From NCBI RefSeq assembly GCF_964204645.1, contig NC_134026.1, positions 7,649,950-7,713,949 on the forward strand: a stretch of 64,000 bases of DNA, written 5' to 3'. Of this stretch, positions 1 to 11,325 are shown in pieces. Below the pieces are notes generated by a model that saw nothing but the letters and a program-made list of their open reading frames with translations, made no database searches and was not told where the DNA came from. Every line of letters starts with the position of its first letter. The first letter of the stretch is position 1. Source of the DNA: Tubulanus polymorphus (Eukaryota; Animalia; Nemertea). Made by a program: the position numbers and the translations under genes.

Positions 1-90
1 TCTATGTGGTAAATCTATATACTTTTATCTTGTACAAAAGCGTGAATAATTCTGTATGAAAATCCGCTGTAGAAATCCATTTAAAATGTT
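1..90 (+). pseudogene. Degenerate GPCR TM7/helix-8 fragment
   Basis: tatgtggtaaatctatatac...gtatgaaaatccgctgtagaaat resembles the 3' ends of the intact receptors (YVVNFYIY...CMKIRCRK) but has indels. A near-identical copy lies at ~6577-6665. Confidence 0.7.
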
Positions 91-238
91 AACCATTGAT
101 TTCATGTTTGGCTCACTTCATACAACTTCTTCATCTATATTCATCTGTTCATCTTCCCTACATATCACCTCACCGGACCAGAAAAAAGACTATTTCGTAT
201 GATATCCAATATATCCTAGTTCGGGTAATATTTTGCAG

Positions 239-379
239 GTTATGTTCATGATGTTGACGCTATGACTATCGCTAAAGTTGGAAATAGTTTAGGAGCAGGA
301 CGAAAGCGAGTGAACGAACCGTTAAATCATGCTGTAGGATTAGAACTTAAAATACGTGTCGGTGACTACATCAAACAAG
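239..379 (+). CDS. TYMP: Thymidine phosphorylase, penultimate coding exon (copy 1)
   Basis: ttttgcag|...|gtatc, phase 1-1. Translates (G)YVHDVDAMTIAKVGNSLGAGRKRVNEPLNHAVGLELKIRVGDYIKQ, the LGAGR...H.VG...VGD motif of the pyrimidine nucleoside phosphorylase C-terminal domain. Confidence 0.85.
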
Positions 380-961
380 GTATCATTACTACTTACGATT
401 AGTGAAACACTGTGTCAAACTGTGTTGTAAGAATTAATTCTCTTAAGTTGAAATCAGTTCATTTTCAGTGAAAGTATTTATATGCCATCAACGGCTTAGT
501 TGCAAAAGGATTTAAGAACACTGTAAGGTCATCTTAGTTCAATCTATAGTTAATCTAACAACTTACGATTTACTTTTGAACTTAGGCCTTGTATGTGGTT
601 CATATCTTAATACCTATTGCCTTGCGTTGGTTTGCTAATTAGATGTGGTTCTTTTCATTAAAATCATATGGCACATGGTCTGCACTTGCTAAATTAGCAA
701 AATAATAATCGATACATACAAGTTAACGGTAACCAGTCTACCTATCGGCCTCAGATTGCACCAGAACGCGCCTGCTTGCACGAAATTTTCAAAAATGTTC
801 TGGGGAGGATACCTCTATTCCTTAAAACGAACCCCCCAAAAATGCCCATGCACTCATATGCATACTAATCGTTTGAAATGTATTTTGCGTGAATTTTTTT
901 TACATGGATTAATGCATAGTTTTATAACGTTATCTTACAATTTGTACTATTGTGATTTCAG

Positions 962-1101
962 ACGATGTTTGGATCAAAGTTCATCACGATCTGGAAGAAT
1001 TCAACGATCAGTTTATCGGACTGTTAAACCAAGCGATCAGATTGGGAGAGGGACCATGCGAGAGACCATCAAGAGTAGAACAGATTATACTCCCAGACTA
1101 G
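962..1101 (+). CDS. TYMP: Thymidine phosphorylase, last coding exon (copy 1)
   Basis: atttcag| acceptor, in phase with the previous exon. (D)DVWIKVHHDLEEFNDQFIGLLNQAIRLGEGPCERPSRVEQIILPD* resembles the TP C-terminus (W.RVH...L.EAL.L......P...E.VLP). Confidence 0.8.
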
Positions 1102-1263
1102 TAACCTATACACCACCACTACATCGACTACAAAACAAGCCTCAGATTACTACGATATACTGTATTATTCTATGATTATAAATTACAATATAGATTAATG
1201 TATATGGTTTTGGTATATCTCTTTTTGTCTTTGGTTTCTCTTGTATTCGCTTAGTTGCCCAAA

Positions 1264-1566
1264 GCCTCTGCGATTACACGAGCATTTTGGCCCGGGCCGA
1301 ATTTGGCCCATGCAAAAGCCTAAGCATAAGCCCTAGTTCACACGTGTGCCAAATGGACCCGTACCTATTTGACCCGAGGCAAATTTGGTCCAACCAACAA
1401 CGTCGGATTAGGCCCGGGAATTTTAGCACGGGTCTTCGCATTGTTTAGTAACGAGTGAGTAGTTTACGTGCGAACACGCTCATTAGTTAGGCACGGGCTG
1501 AAATTGACTCGGGCCTGATCCGTGCAAACTTGTCCCGGACCAAATCATCTCCGTGTGATCGCGGCT
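1264..1566. mobile_element. MITE-like element with imperfect terminal inverted repeats
   Basis: Left end ctgcgattacacgagcattttggcccgggcc pairs with right end gtcccggaccaaatcatctccgtgtgatcgcggc. Internal ggcccgggcc-type subrepeats. Paralogous copies at 7718-8024 and ~10905-10945. Confidence 0.65.
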
Positions 1567-1911
1567 ATTGATCCACTGGTCAGATCTGATCGTCTTGGAA
1601 TTCATTGTGATATCATTCAGCCTCACTCAGAAGAAATTTAACTCGTGCTTAGATTTTCCAACCTGTTCAGATGTCTTCCTCAGATTCGATATTTCACCAA
1701 ATACAATGAATTCTTGTACAACGAATATTGATATTTAACTTAGTTACAACTTTCACAAAATCTGAGTAAATTGTACTAGATTTCTAAGAATTGAATTTTC
1801 ATTTGATGTGACCAATGAATTGCGAGCTTAAATAAGTAAGACATGGCTTTAATTTGCGTCAGTCTATTGATACAATCAGTCCACACCTTCAGCAGTTAAT
1901 TGTCGCGAATC

Positions 1912-2862
1912 ATGAATTCGACTCAGATGCAAATCGGTCGCACGTTCAGTAGTTACATCGTTCTCATGTCTGTTGTAAAGAGGTCTGGAGCCTACCTAGC
2001 TGTGTCATTGGTCATTCTGCCTATCTTGTTCCTGTTGGGAGTCTTCGGAAATTCAGCTACTTTCCTGATAATGATAAGTCGCAGATTCCGCAGTTTATCT
2101 TACGCTAACTATCTGATCGTTTTGTCTCTCGGTGATTCTATGTACTGCATCAGTTTCACACTGATACCCGTTTTACAGTTTGTTTTCTTGCAAGTTAAAG
2201 GTGGTCCTATATTCATCATGAATTCACTGATCAGTTGTCAAATCTATGAATTTACAATAGCACTTGCCGGCGTTAACAGTTCGTGGTTAATAGCAGCAAT
2301 ATCTCTAGAACGTGCGGCAGTTGTGCTCTTCCCGTTCACATCGCGTTTGATATGTACACCAAGATTCGCTAGATTCGCTGTGTTGATAATTACTGTAGTG
2401 AACGTACTGGTTCTATATCTCAGCCCTGTTTTGTCGATGCATTTTACAACCCAATTATTTGGATGTTTCCACGAACTATCTGACCAAAGAAGATATTTTG
2501 CGGTATTTGTTGTTCACGTTTTCGTTCTGCCTTAATCTTTGATTCTAACATCAAATTCTGTTATAATAATTCAGTTATTCAGAGGTTCAAAAATAGTTTC
2601 GTCTGATAAGAAAACTACAAAATCAAAACGTACAACAATAATGCTTGTAACCGTTTCACTCGCATTTGCAGTGTTTACACTTCCAAATACCATTAATTCA
2701 TTGTTACCAATTTCACCGGAACAGAGAGAATTTCTATATGACATTTTTAATCAGTTTGCTATGTGTAATTATGTGGTAAATTTCTACATATATCTTTTAC
2801 TGGGACGAGAAATTCGTGAATATTTTTGCATGAAAATCAGCCGTAGAAAATTAGTCAAATAA
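1912..2862 (+). pseudogene. Class A (rhodopsin-like) GPCR, paralog 1, with in-frame stop in TM5
   Basis: Two adjacent same-frame ORFs. TAA at 2533-2535 replaces the TTA (Leu) of the paralogs. GN in TM1, SLERAAVVLFP in TM3, NFYIY in TM7. Confidence 0.88.
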
Positions 2863-3093
2863 CCAATCATTCCAAGTTTGATTCATTCAGATAATTAAAC
2901 TGCATTATCGTTAATCTGTGCGACTCCAAAATAAGAAATTTTGCCAACTTTTATACACGCACGCACGAACACGCACAAATGACAAACGGCATCGGGCTTC
3001 AAATCATCGCAAAATTTACATTCACTTACCACGTATGAATTTTTTGATCAAATTAGATATTTCAACGTATATTTTTGTCGTCCGCGATAACCA

Positions 3094-3338
3094 TTGATTC
3101 TAAGATAAAATTCTAGTGTAATAATTCGGTTATTCAGAGGTTCAAAAATGGTTTCGTCTGAACAGAAAACTGCAAAATCAAAACGTGCAGCAATAATGCT
3201 TGTAGTAACAGTTTCACTCGTATTGGCAATGTTTTACACTTCCGATAACTTTTACTGTGATATTGCGAATTAGATTTTGCATTGATGACGTTCCATGCCT
3301 TTCACCCAGCTTTAAATGTTCAACTACGTGGTAAACTT
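3094..3338 (+). pseudogene. Degenerate GPCR TM5-TM7 fragment
   Basis: ttcagaggttcaaaaatggtttcgtctgaacagaaaactgcaaaatcaaaacgt...aactacgtggtaaa matches receptor ICL3-TM7 with indels. Confidence 0.75.
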
Positions 3339-3395
3339 CGAACTAATGAAATCGGTTGACATACACTGATGTTACGGCTCCTCTACATTGCTTAA

Positions 3396-3854
3396 GGGAG
3401 CGTCCAGAAATTACGTACCTCAAAATCTCCCGTTTTTCTGACCCCCTCCCCTTGTACCACCTTTGTACCAAATTCACTGACCCCCCCTCATAGGTACGTA
3501 CCATGGCACCATAACCACCCCCCCCCCCCAATTATATTGATGCAAAGAACAAAAATCAAAACAAAATATAAACAATATGAATACCTGATTCCAACAATTG
3601 CGTGTTAGATCGATACCGGTACCTGGTATGGGGAATTCCCAGTTGAAGTCTACTACAAGTCACTTGAACAAGTCACTAAAAGCCGATAAAACACAAGTAT
3701 CGGCTATTTTAATTTGAGTTTGGTGCATAGAGTACGTACCAAGATTGATTAATACCCCCTCCCTCAAAGTACGTACCTTTTTTGCAGACCCCCCTCCCCC
3801 ATGTACCACTTTGTACCAAAATTCAGTAACACCCCCTCCCCCAATTAGAGGTAC
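3396..3854. mobile_element. Truncated copy of the PIF/Harbinger-type MITE at 12868-13342
   Basis: Same left TIR (gggagcgtccagaaattacgtacc) at the same insertion site after taa. The right TIR is missing and similarity ends at ~3854. Confidence 0.7.
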
Positions 3855-4379
3855 AGGCGTGTTGAAAAGGACATAAGAAAAAAATTGAAAGGTAAATGGC
3901 AAGCGTGCTGTAGTCGGGTCTCTTAGAAAAATGATTGAAAATTATTTTTCCTGGGCATTCGTATAATATGCCTTTTTTCATTGATGAGGCAGTCAGAATT
4001 GCTGCATCTCGTATATGAATCTGACTGGCGGTTTGTATCTCTGTTGAGGGGGAAGGAGGAATATATGTGAGGGTTTGTGCCTCGCGATGCCATCGAGCTG
4101 GACGGTCATGTTTGGAGTATTACAAAAGTTTAACAATATACTGTTGATATCCGTTCAAATAAATCCGGTACTTAAGTGGATTAGGATCATATCTTTAAAA
4201 GGAAATACTTAAAAGAGTCATCATATACACCTAGAAATTATGGGGTCAATTCGTATGATTTTTAAAATTTTGACTCCAGGCCCTAGAAATAATCTAAGCT
4301 TACTTACAACTTAAATCCTTCAAATGAAATGGAAAATTACCCGATCAAATAAGATGGTGTGTGTGCGTGCGCGCGTGCA

Positions 4380-4445
4380 TGAGTACTAGATTTGAACTCG
4401 GGACGTCGGTATCCGTAATTTTGTCCAACTCCATTGAGCCACGGG
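4380..4445 (-). mobile_element. tRNA-derived SINE-like head
   Basis: Minus strand reads cccgTGGCTCAATGG...cccgaGTTCAAATC, a Pol III A-box/B-box pair without a full cloverleaf. Confidence 0.4.
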
Positions 4446-4910
4446 TCAGGTGTGATAGTACTGCTTTTATAGGTAGGAATTCATTGTGATATCTGTGTTT
4501 GTGCTCGATTTTCCCGTTTAAATAGGTGTTTTACTACTAGCTATTTCACCATTTACAATGAATTCTTGTTTAATATAGCGGATAACTATATCAAATTTAG
4601 TGACATTAAATATATTTCACAGAATAATAAACTTTCACAAAATCTGAATAAATTGTGTAAGATTTCTGAGAATTGATTTTTCATTTGATGCGAACAATAA
4701 ACCTTACGAATGAATTGTAGCTTTGATACATCAGATAGTATTAAAACTTCAATAATATCTTTATATTAATACATAAGTTTCACTTTATTTGCTTCGGTCA
4801 AATTGATACATTCAGTCCACACTTTCAGTCAATTAATACACTCTCAGACAGTCGGGACACATCAGACTGTCAGTCCAGGCCACGCTTTCAATAGTTGATT
4901 GTCATGAATA

Positions 4911-5825
4911 ATGAATTCAACTGAGATGCAGATCGGGCGAACTTATCAGGGTAACATTGTTCTCATGTCTGTGGTGAACAGGTCTGGAATCTACCGTACT
5001 GTGTCATTGGTCATTCTGCCTGTTTTGTTCGTGTTTGGAACGTTTGGAAATTCAGCTACTTTCCTGATAATGATAAGCCGCAGATTCCGCAGTTTATCTT
5101 ACGCTAACTATCTTATCGTTTTGTCGCTGAGTGATTCCATGTCCAGTATCAATTATACACTGATGCCAGTTTTACAGTTTGTCTTGCGCGTTAAAGATGG
5201 TCCTACATTCATGTTGAATTCAATGGTCAATTGTCAAATATATGAGTTTATAATGGATCTTACATTTAGCATTAGTTCGTGGTTAATAGTAGCAATATCT
5301 CTAGAACGTGCGGCAGTTGTGCTCTTCCCGTTCCCATCTCGTTTGGTATGTACACCGAGATTCGCTAGATTTGCTATATTGATGATTACTGCAGGAAATG
5401 TACTGTTCATATGTCTTACATCCGGTTTATCGGTGCATTTTACAGACCAGTCTTTTGGATGTTACTATACACTAATCGATCAAATACGATATTTTGCGGT
5501 ATTTGTCGTCCACGTTTTCGTTCTGCCATTATCTTTGATTCTAACATCAAATTCTGTTATAATAATTCAGTTATTCAGAGGTTCAAAAATGGTTTCGTCC
5601 GATAAGAAAACTACAAAATCAAAACGTACGACAATAATGCTTGTAACAGTTTCAATCGCATTTGCAATATTCACACTTCCGTCCGCTGTTACCGCATTGT
5701 TACCAATTTCCCCGGAACAGAAGAATTTTCTACACGACATTTTTGTTCAGTTTCAAGTATGTAACTATGTGGTAAATTTTTACATCTTTTACTTGGGCGA
5801 GAAATTCGTGAATATTTCTGCATAA
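4911..5825 (+). CDS. Class A GPCR, paralog 2 (frameshift at end of TM7; helix 8 altered, possibly non-functional)
   Basis: 304-aa 7TM ORF. A 4-nt deletion (tacat[atat]ctttt) near 5785 changes NFYIYLLLGREIREYF to NFYIFYLGEKFVNISA*. Confidence 0.85.
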   Translation: MNSTEMQIGRTYQGNIVLMSVVNRSGIYRTVSLVILPVLFVFGTFGNSATFLIMISRRFRSLSYANYLIVLSLSDSMSSINYTLMPVLQFVLRVKDGPTFMLNSMVNCQIYEFIMDLTFSISSWLIVAISLERAAVVLFPFPSRLVCTPRFARFAILMITAGNVLFICLTSGLSVHFTDQSFGCYYTLIDQIRYFAVFVVHVFVLPLSLILTSNSVIIIQLFRGSKMVSSDKKTTKSKRTTIMLVTVSIAFAIFTLPSAVTALLPISPEQKNFLHDIFVQFQVCNYVVNFYIFYLGEKFVNISA

Positions 5826-6419
5826 AGATCTGCTGTAGAACTTCAGGCAAATAAGTATTGATTTCAAGTTTGATTCACTTCATACAACTTGAACCCGTTT
5901 TTTTTTACTGTGGACTGGTTACAGTGACATAGTATATTACATTTTATTAATAGTCAATTGTTTTGTTCAACGTCAAAGATGCAAAATTTCTGATAATTAG
6001 ATTCCTTTTTACATAAATCATTGGATTTCTGATTCTAAAAGATGTCAATAATTCATTTTGATTTTTCGTTTGTATCAAAAATCATTTTCATGCTTTATTC
6101 TAATACAGCCTTTCGTTAGATAGATATTGAAAAAATGCACTAAGCTTCAAACTATCATTCAATAATTGTTATACTGATATCAATTAATGAAGAAGCGAAT
6201 TTTCATTCAATCGTTAAATCAAAAATTTTAAATGAAATTATCGGATTTAACTTGTGTGTACTGCTTACAAGTAGAAATACTTTGTGAAATCATTTTGCCA
6301 CCACTAACAACAAATTGAATTTGTGCATACGTTTCCCAAACTGTTTACATGTTTAACTATAAGATATCATTTCACCATTTACGTACATTGAATTTTACGC
6401 AATAATTAACTTATCAGGA

Positions 6420-6665
6420 AACTACAAGACTTATACGTGCAACAATAATGATTCTAACAGTTTCACTCGCATTTTACAATACGCATACTTCCTTCCGCTT
6501 TTACTACATACTTACCAATCTCAGTCGAACGGAAAGAATTTCTCGATAACATTTTCCATCAAATCCATGTTTGTTTCTATGTGGTAAATCTATATACATT
6601 TATCTTTTACAAAAGCGTGAATAATTCTGTATGAAAATCCGCTGTAGAAATCCATTTAAAATGTT
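6420..6665 (+). pseudogene. Degenerate GPCR ICL3-TM7 fragment
   Basis: aactacaagacttatacgtgcaacaataatgattctaacagtttcactcgcattt...tatgtggtaaat, with frameshifts. Confidence 0.7.
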
Positions 6666-6814
6666 AACCATTGATTTCATGTTTGGCTCACTTCATACAA
6701 CTTCTTCATCTATATTCATCTGTTCATCTTCCCTACATATCATCTCACCGCTCCAGAAAAAAAGACTATTTCGTACGATATCCAATATATCCTAGTTCGG
6801 GTAATATTTTGCAG

Positions 6815-6955
6815 GTTATGTTCATGATGTTGACGCTATGACTATCGCTAAAGTTGGAAATAGTTTAGGAGCAGGACGAAAGCGAGTGAACGAACCGTTA
6901 AATCATGCTGTAGGATTAGAACTTAAAATACGTGTCGGTGACTACATCAAACAAG
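6815..6955 (+). CDS. TYMP: Thymidine phosphorylase penultimate exon (copy 2)
   Basis: Essentially identical to 239-379 (offset 6576), with splice sites intact. Confidence 0.8.
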
Positions 6956-7421
6956 GTATCATTACTACTTACGATTAGTGAAACACTGTGTCAAACTGTG
7001 TTGTAAGAATTAATTCTCTCAAGTTGAAATGAGTTCATTTTCAGTGAAAGTATTTATATGCCATCAACGGCTCAGTTGCATAAGGATTTAAGAACACTGT
7101 AAGGTCATCAAAGTTCAATCTATAGTTAATCTAACAACTTACGATTTATGACCACTTTTGATATTTGGCCTTGTATTTGGTTCATATTTTGTAATGCCTA
7201 TTGCCTTTCGTTAGTTCGCTAATTATATGTGGTTCTTTTTTATCAAAATCATATTCTACATCCCATCTATCTTGAAGTATCATAGTAGTACTCATAATAG
7301 CACTCGTATGTATACTAATCGTACATAGTCTGAAGCAAAGAAACGAATAAGTATCGCTGTGGGAGAGGATAATGCATTGCTTAATAAAGTTATTTTGCAA
7401 TTTGCACTATTGTGATTTCAG

Positions 7422-7564
7422 ACGATGTTTGGATCAAAGTTCATCACGATTTGGAAGAATTCGACGATCAGTTTATCCGACTGTTAAACGAAGCGATCAG
7501 ATTGGAAGAGGGGCCATGCGAGAGACCATCAAGAGTAGAACAGATTATACTCCCTGACAAGTAA
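7422..7564 (+). CDS. TYMP: Thymidine phosphorylase last exon (copy 2)
   Basis: (D)DVWIKVHHDLEEFDDQFIRLLNEAIRLEEGPCERPSRVEQIILPDK*. Acceptor intact and frame open. Confidence 0.78.
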
Positions 7565-7717
7565 CCTACACCACCACATCGACTGTAAAACAAGTCTCAG
7601 ATTATTAATATACTGATTATAGAATTGAAATGTAGATAAATGTATATGGTTTTGGTAGATCTCGTTTGCATTTGGTTCCTCTTATAATCGCGTAGTTACC
7701 CGGCCGGCCAAACTTAC

Positions 7718-8024
7718 AGCTGCGATAACACGAGCATTTAATTAAGCCCATGCAAAATAAGACCTGGAACAACTTGTTCACACGGGTGCCAAATGGACCC
7801 GTACCTATTTGACCCGAGCCAATTTTGGCCCAACCAAAAATGTCGGATCAGGCCCGAGAATTTCAGCACGGGTCAAATCATTGCGTATGAATTGCAACTT
7901 GTTCCGAAAGTGACCCACTTCGCTTTGTCTATTTAGTGTCGTGTCGATACTAGATAGACACAGCGCTCGGGTTGTATCCTTGCCAATTTGGCCTGGACCA
8001 AATCCTCTCCGTGTGATCGCGGCT
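7718..8024. mobile_element. MITE-like element, paralog of 1264-1566
   Basis: Inverted ends agctgcgataacacg...ccgtgtgatcgcggct. Confidence 0.6.
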
Positions 8025-8404
8025 ATTGATCTACTAATCAGATCTGATCGTCCTGCTCAATGGAAGGAATTCATTGAGATATAATTCTGACCTCACTAGG
8101 AACAAATGAACTTGTGCTAATATTTCCAACCTGTTCAGATGTCATCTTCAGACTACTCGATATTTCACCAATTACAATGAATTCTTGAACAACAAATACT
8201 GATATTTGATTTAGTTTCATTTACAGTTTGGTCACTAGTCAACTTACACAAAATCTGAGTAAATTGAGTTATATTTCTAAGAATTGAATTTTCATTTGAT
8301 GTGCCCAATGAATTGTGAGCTTGAATAAGTAAAACATGGCTTTAATTTGCGTCGGTCTACTGATACATTCAGTCAACACCTTCAGCAGTTAATTATCATG
8401 AATC

Positions 8405-9352
8405 ATGAATTCTACTCAGATGCAAATCGGTCGAACTTTCAGCAGTTACATCGTTCTAATGTCTGTTGTGAACACGTCTGGAATGTACCGTACTGTGTTA
8501 TTGGTAATTCTGCCTGTATTTTTCCTGATAGGAATTTTCGGAAATTCAGCTAGTTTCCTGATAATGATAAGTCGCAGATTCCGCAGTTTATCTTACGCTA
8601 ACTATCTGATCGTTTTGTCTATCAGTGATACTATGTTTTCTATCAATTTTACATTGATGCCTGTTTTACAGTTTGTTCTCTTGCATGTTAAAGATGGTCC
8701 TACATTTATCATGAATTCAGTGATCAGTTGTAAAATATATGAATTTACAATAGCACTTGCCGGCGTCAACAGTTCGTGGTTAATAGTAGCAATATCTCTA
8801 GAACGTGCGGCAGTTGTGCTCTTCCCGTTCACATCTCGTTTGATATGTACACCGAGATTCGCGAGAATTACTACATTGATAATTACTGCAATAAATGTAC
8901 TGGTTCTATATCTCAGCCCAGTTTTGGCGATGCATTTTACCAACCAGTCGTTTGGATGTTTCCACGAACTATCTGACCAAAGAAGATATTTTGCGGTATT
9001 TGTCATCCACACCTTAGTTCTGCCTTTATCTCTGATTCTAACATCAAATTCTGTCATAATAGTTCAATTATTCAGAGGTTCAAAAATGGTTTCGTCTGAT
9101 CAGAAAACTGCAAAATCAAAACGTACAACAATAATGCTTGTAACAGTTTCACTCGCATTTGCAGTGTCTGCACTTCCAAATACAATTACTTCATTGTCAC
9201 CAATCTCACCGGAACAGAGAGCATTTCTATATGACATATTTAACCAGTTTGCTATGTGTAACTACGTGGTAAATTTCTACATATATCTTTTACTGGGACG
9301 AGAAATTCGTGAATATTTCTGTACGAAAATGCGCTGTAGATCAGTGAAATAA
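8405..9352 (+). CDS. Class A GPCR, paralog 3 (intact; FMRFamide-receptor-like/expanded orphan family, candidate chemoreceptor)
   Basis: Intronless 315-aa 7TM ORF with N-terminal N-glycosylation site NST, ERxAVxxP in TM3/ICL2, Cys in ECL1/TM3 and ECL2, and NFYIY as an NPxxY variant. Confidence 0.9.
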   Translation: MNSTQMQIGRTFSSYIVLMSVVNTSGMYRTVLLVILPVFFLIGIFGNSASFLIMISRRFRSLSYANYLIVLSISDTMFSINFTLMPVLQFVLLHVKDGPTFIMNSVISCKIYEFTIALAGVNSSWLIVAISLERAAVVLFPFTSRLICTPRFARITTLIITAINVLVLYLSPVLAMHFTNQSFGCFHELSDQRRYFAVFVIHTLVLPLSLILTSNSVIIVQLFRGSKMVSSDQKTAKSKRTTIMLVTVSLAFAVSALPNTITSLSPISPEQRAFLYDIFNQFAMCNYVVNFYIYLLLGREIREYFCTKMRCRSVK

Positions 9353-9478
9353 CCAGAGATTTCAAGATTAACCCGCATTTACAACTTTAACCCGTATTTG
9401 CTGTGGTCTGGTTACAATGACATTTAGTAAATGACATTTTATTATTGTTCATCTACGTAACTCTAAAAATATAAACTC

Positions 9479-9532
<54 letters not shown>

Positions 9533-9584
9533 CATTATTATTTTTATTATTATTATCATTATTGTTATTATTATTATTATTATT
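9479..9584. repeat. (ATT)n microsatellite, the 3' tail of the adjacent LINE
   Basis: About 35 ATT units directly at the 3' end of the minus-strand LINE. Confidence 0.9.
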
Positions 9585-10740
9585 CTTTATTTACGAACAA
9601 AATTACATTAGAAAATTACAGATGATAATATTGTAAGATAATATAAGTCGATGGATACCAGGAGAAGTTAAAAACTTGTAACCATAAAGCATGGCCCTGA
9701 CACCCATGGATATCACACACGCACACACACACTCGCATGTGAACATGCAAAATACCTTTCACCTATCTATCACACTTGGACAAGCACACGTCGCATGAAA
9801 CTCATGACAAGTCAGTGAAAAAAATGACAAAATAAATTCAGATCAAAATACATAAAACAGAGATTTAAACATAAATATTGCCCATTAACAGATGATGTTT
9901 GAAATTCTTTTTAAAAACGTAGATACTCTTTGACTCCTTTAAAGTCGGATCGAGTGAATTCCAAAGTAGTGGACCAGAAGTCTTTACTGAAAACTTTCGT
10001 CTTCGAGTTAGAATTCGAGGGATTTCCATATTGTATAAGCTACGAATTTGATAATTGCGAATTTCATATCGAAAATGAGAATAATCTTTAAAAGAATCAG
10101 GTAGTATGGATTTGTTATAGTTAAACATAAAGCGTCCTAACTGTAATTTGTTCATTTCTCTGATTCTTAGTATTTTCAGTCTTTTAAAAAGTGGCTCAGT
10201 GTGTTCTAAATAATTTGAATTTGTTATTATTCGAACCACACGTTTTCAAGTAACAATAATGAATTTATGTAAACATTAAAATTTTGAGCCCAAATTATGT
10301 TGCAATAACTGAGATACGGTTCCATTAAACTGAAATATAATTGAATAAAATTTTTCTCCGGTAAAAATCTTTTAATCTATTTAAAATACTGACACTCCTA
10401 GATACTTAACGTTGATCATCATTGATGTGATTAATCCATGATAATTTATCGTCAATATTGATACCCAAAAAGGTTGTGCTATGAACTTGATCGTTACTAA
10501 TTCCGCTAATTTTAATCGAAGTGCTAAGTGGTAGTTTCGATCCACATATCTATTAATTTAAGGATAATTTATTAACGTGAAACCACGTGGCTAGTTTATC
10601 AAGTTCGCTAGATACGGTCGGAACAAGTTGGTTAATATCAGAACCACTCGAAAAGATATTTGTGTCATCTGCAAAAAGCGTATATTTCAAAATTTTGCTG
10701 ACATTAATGCAGTCATTGGTGTATAATATAAAGAGCAATG
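9479..10740 (-). mobile_element. 5'-truncated, decayed non-LTR retrotransposon (CR1/L2/Crack-like RT C-terminus)
   Basis: LLFILYTND...LFADDTNIF...WFHVNKLSLN (RT catalytic xADD region) and HTEPLFKRLKIL...GPLLWNSL...FKKNFK, broken by frameshifts, with a (TAA)n tail. Confidence 0.88.
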
Positions 10741-11325
10741 TTCGCACAATCGAGATTCTTTTTCACAAAGTGACGAAGAATCAATTCTTCAAATTCACAA
10801 TTCAAATCAAACTCATTAATTGCTTGATCTAATACAAATCTTTAGTGAATAGAAAATGACAAACTGCATCGAGTTTTCAAATAATCGCAAAATTTTCAAT
10901 TTACCAATTTGGCCCGGGCCAAATCATCTCCATGTGATCGCGGCTATTGATCTACTAATCAGATCTGATCGTCCTGCTCAATGGAAGGAATTCATTGAGA
11001 TATAATTCTGACCTCACTAGGAACAAATGAACTTGTGCTAATATTTCCAACCTGTTCAGATGTCATCTTCAGACTACTCGATATTTCACCAATTACAATG
11101 AATTCTTGAACAACAAATACTGATATTTGATTTAGTTTCATTTACAGTTTGGTCACTAGTCAACTTACACAAAATCTGAGTAAATGGTGTTATATTTCTA
11201 ACAATTGAATTTTCATTTGATGTGCCCAATGAATTGTGAGCTTGAATAAGTAAAACATGGCTTTAATTTGCGTCGGTCTACTGATACATTCAGTCAACAC
11301 CTTCAGCAGTTAATTATCATGAATC

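Noticed and set aside
756-1175. 139-aa ORF
   Set aside because: Out-of-frame overlap with the real TYMP last exon and intronic repeat sequence.
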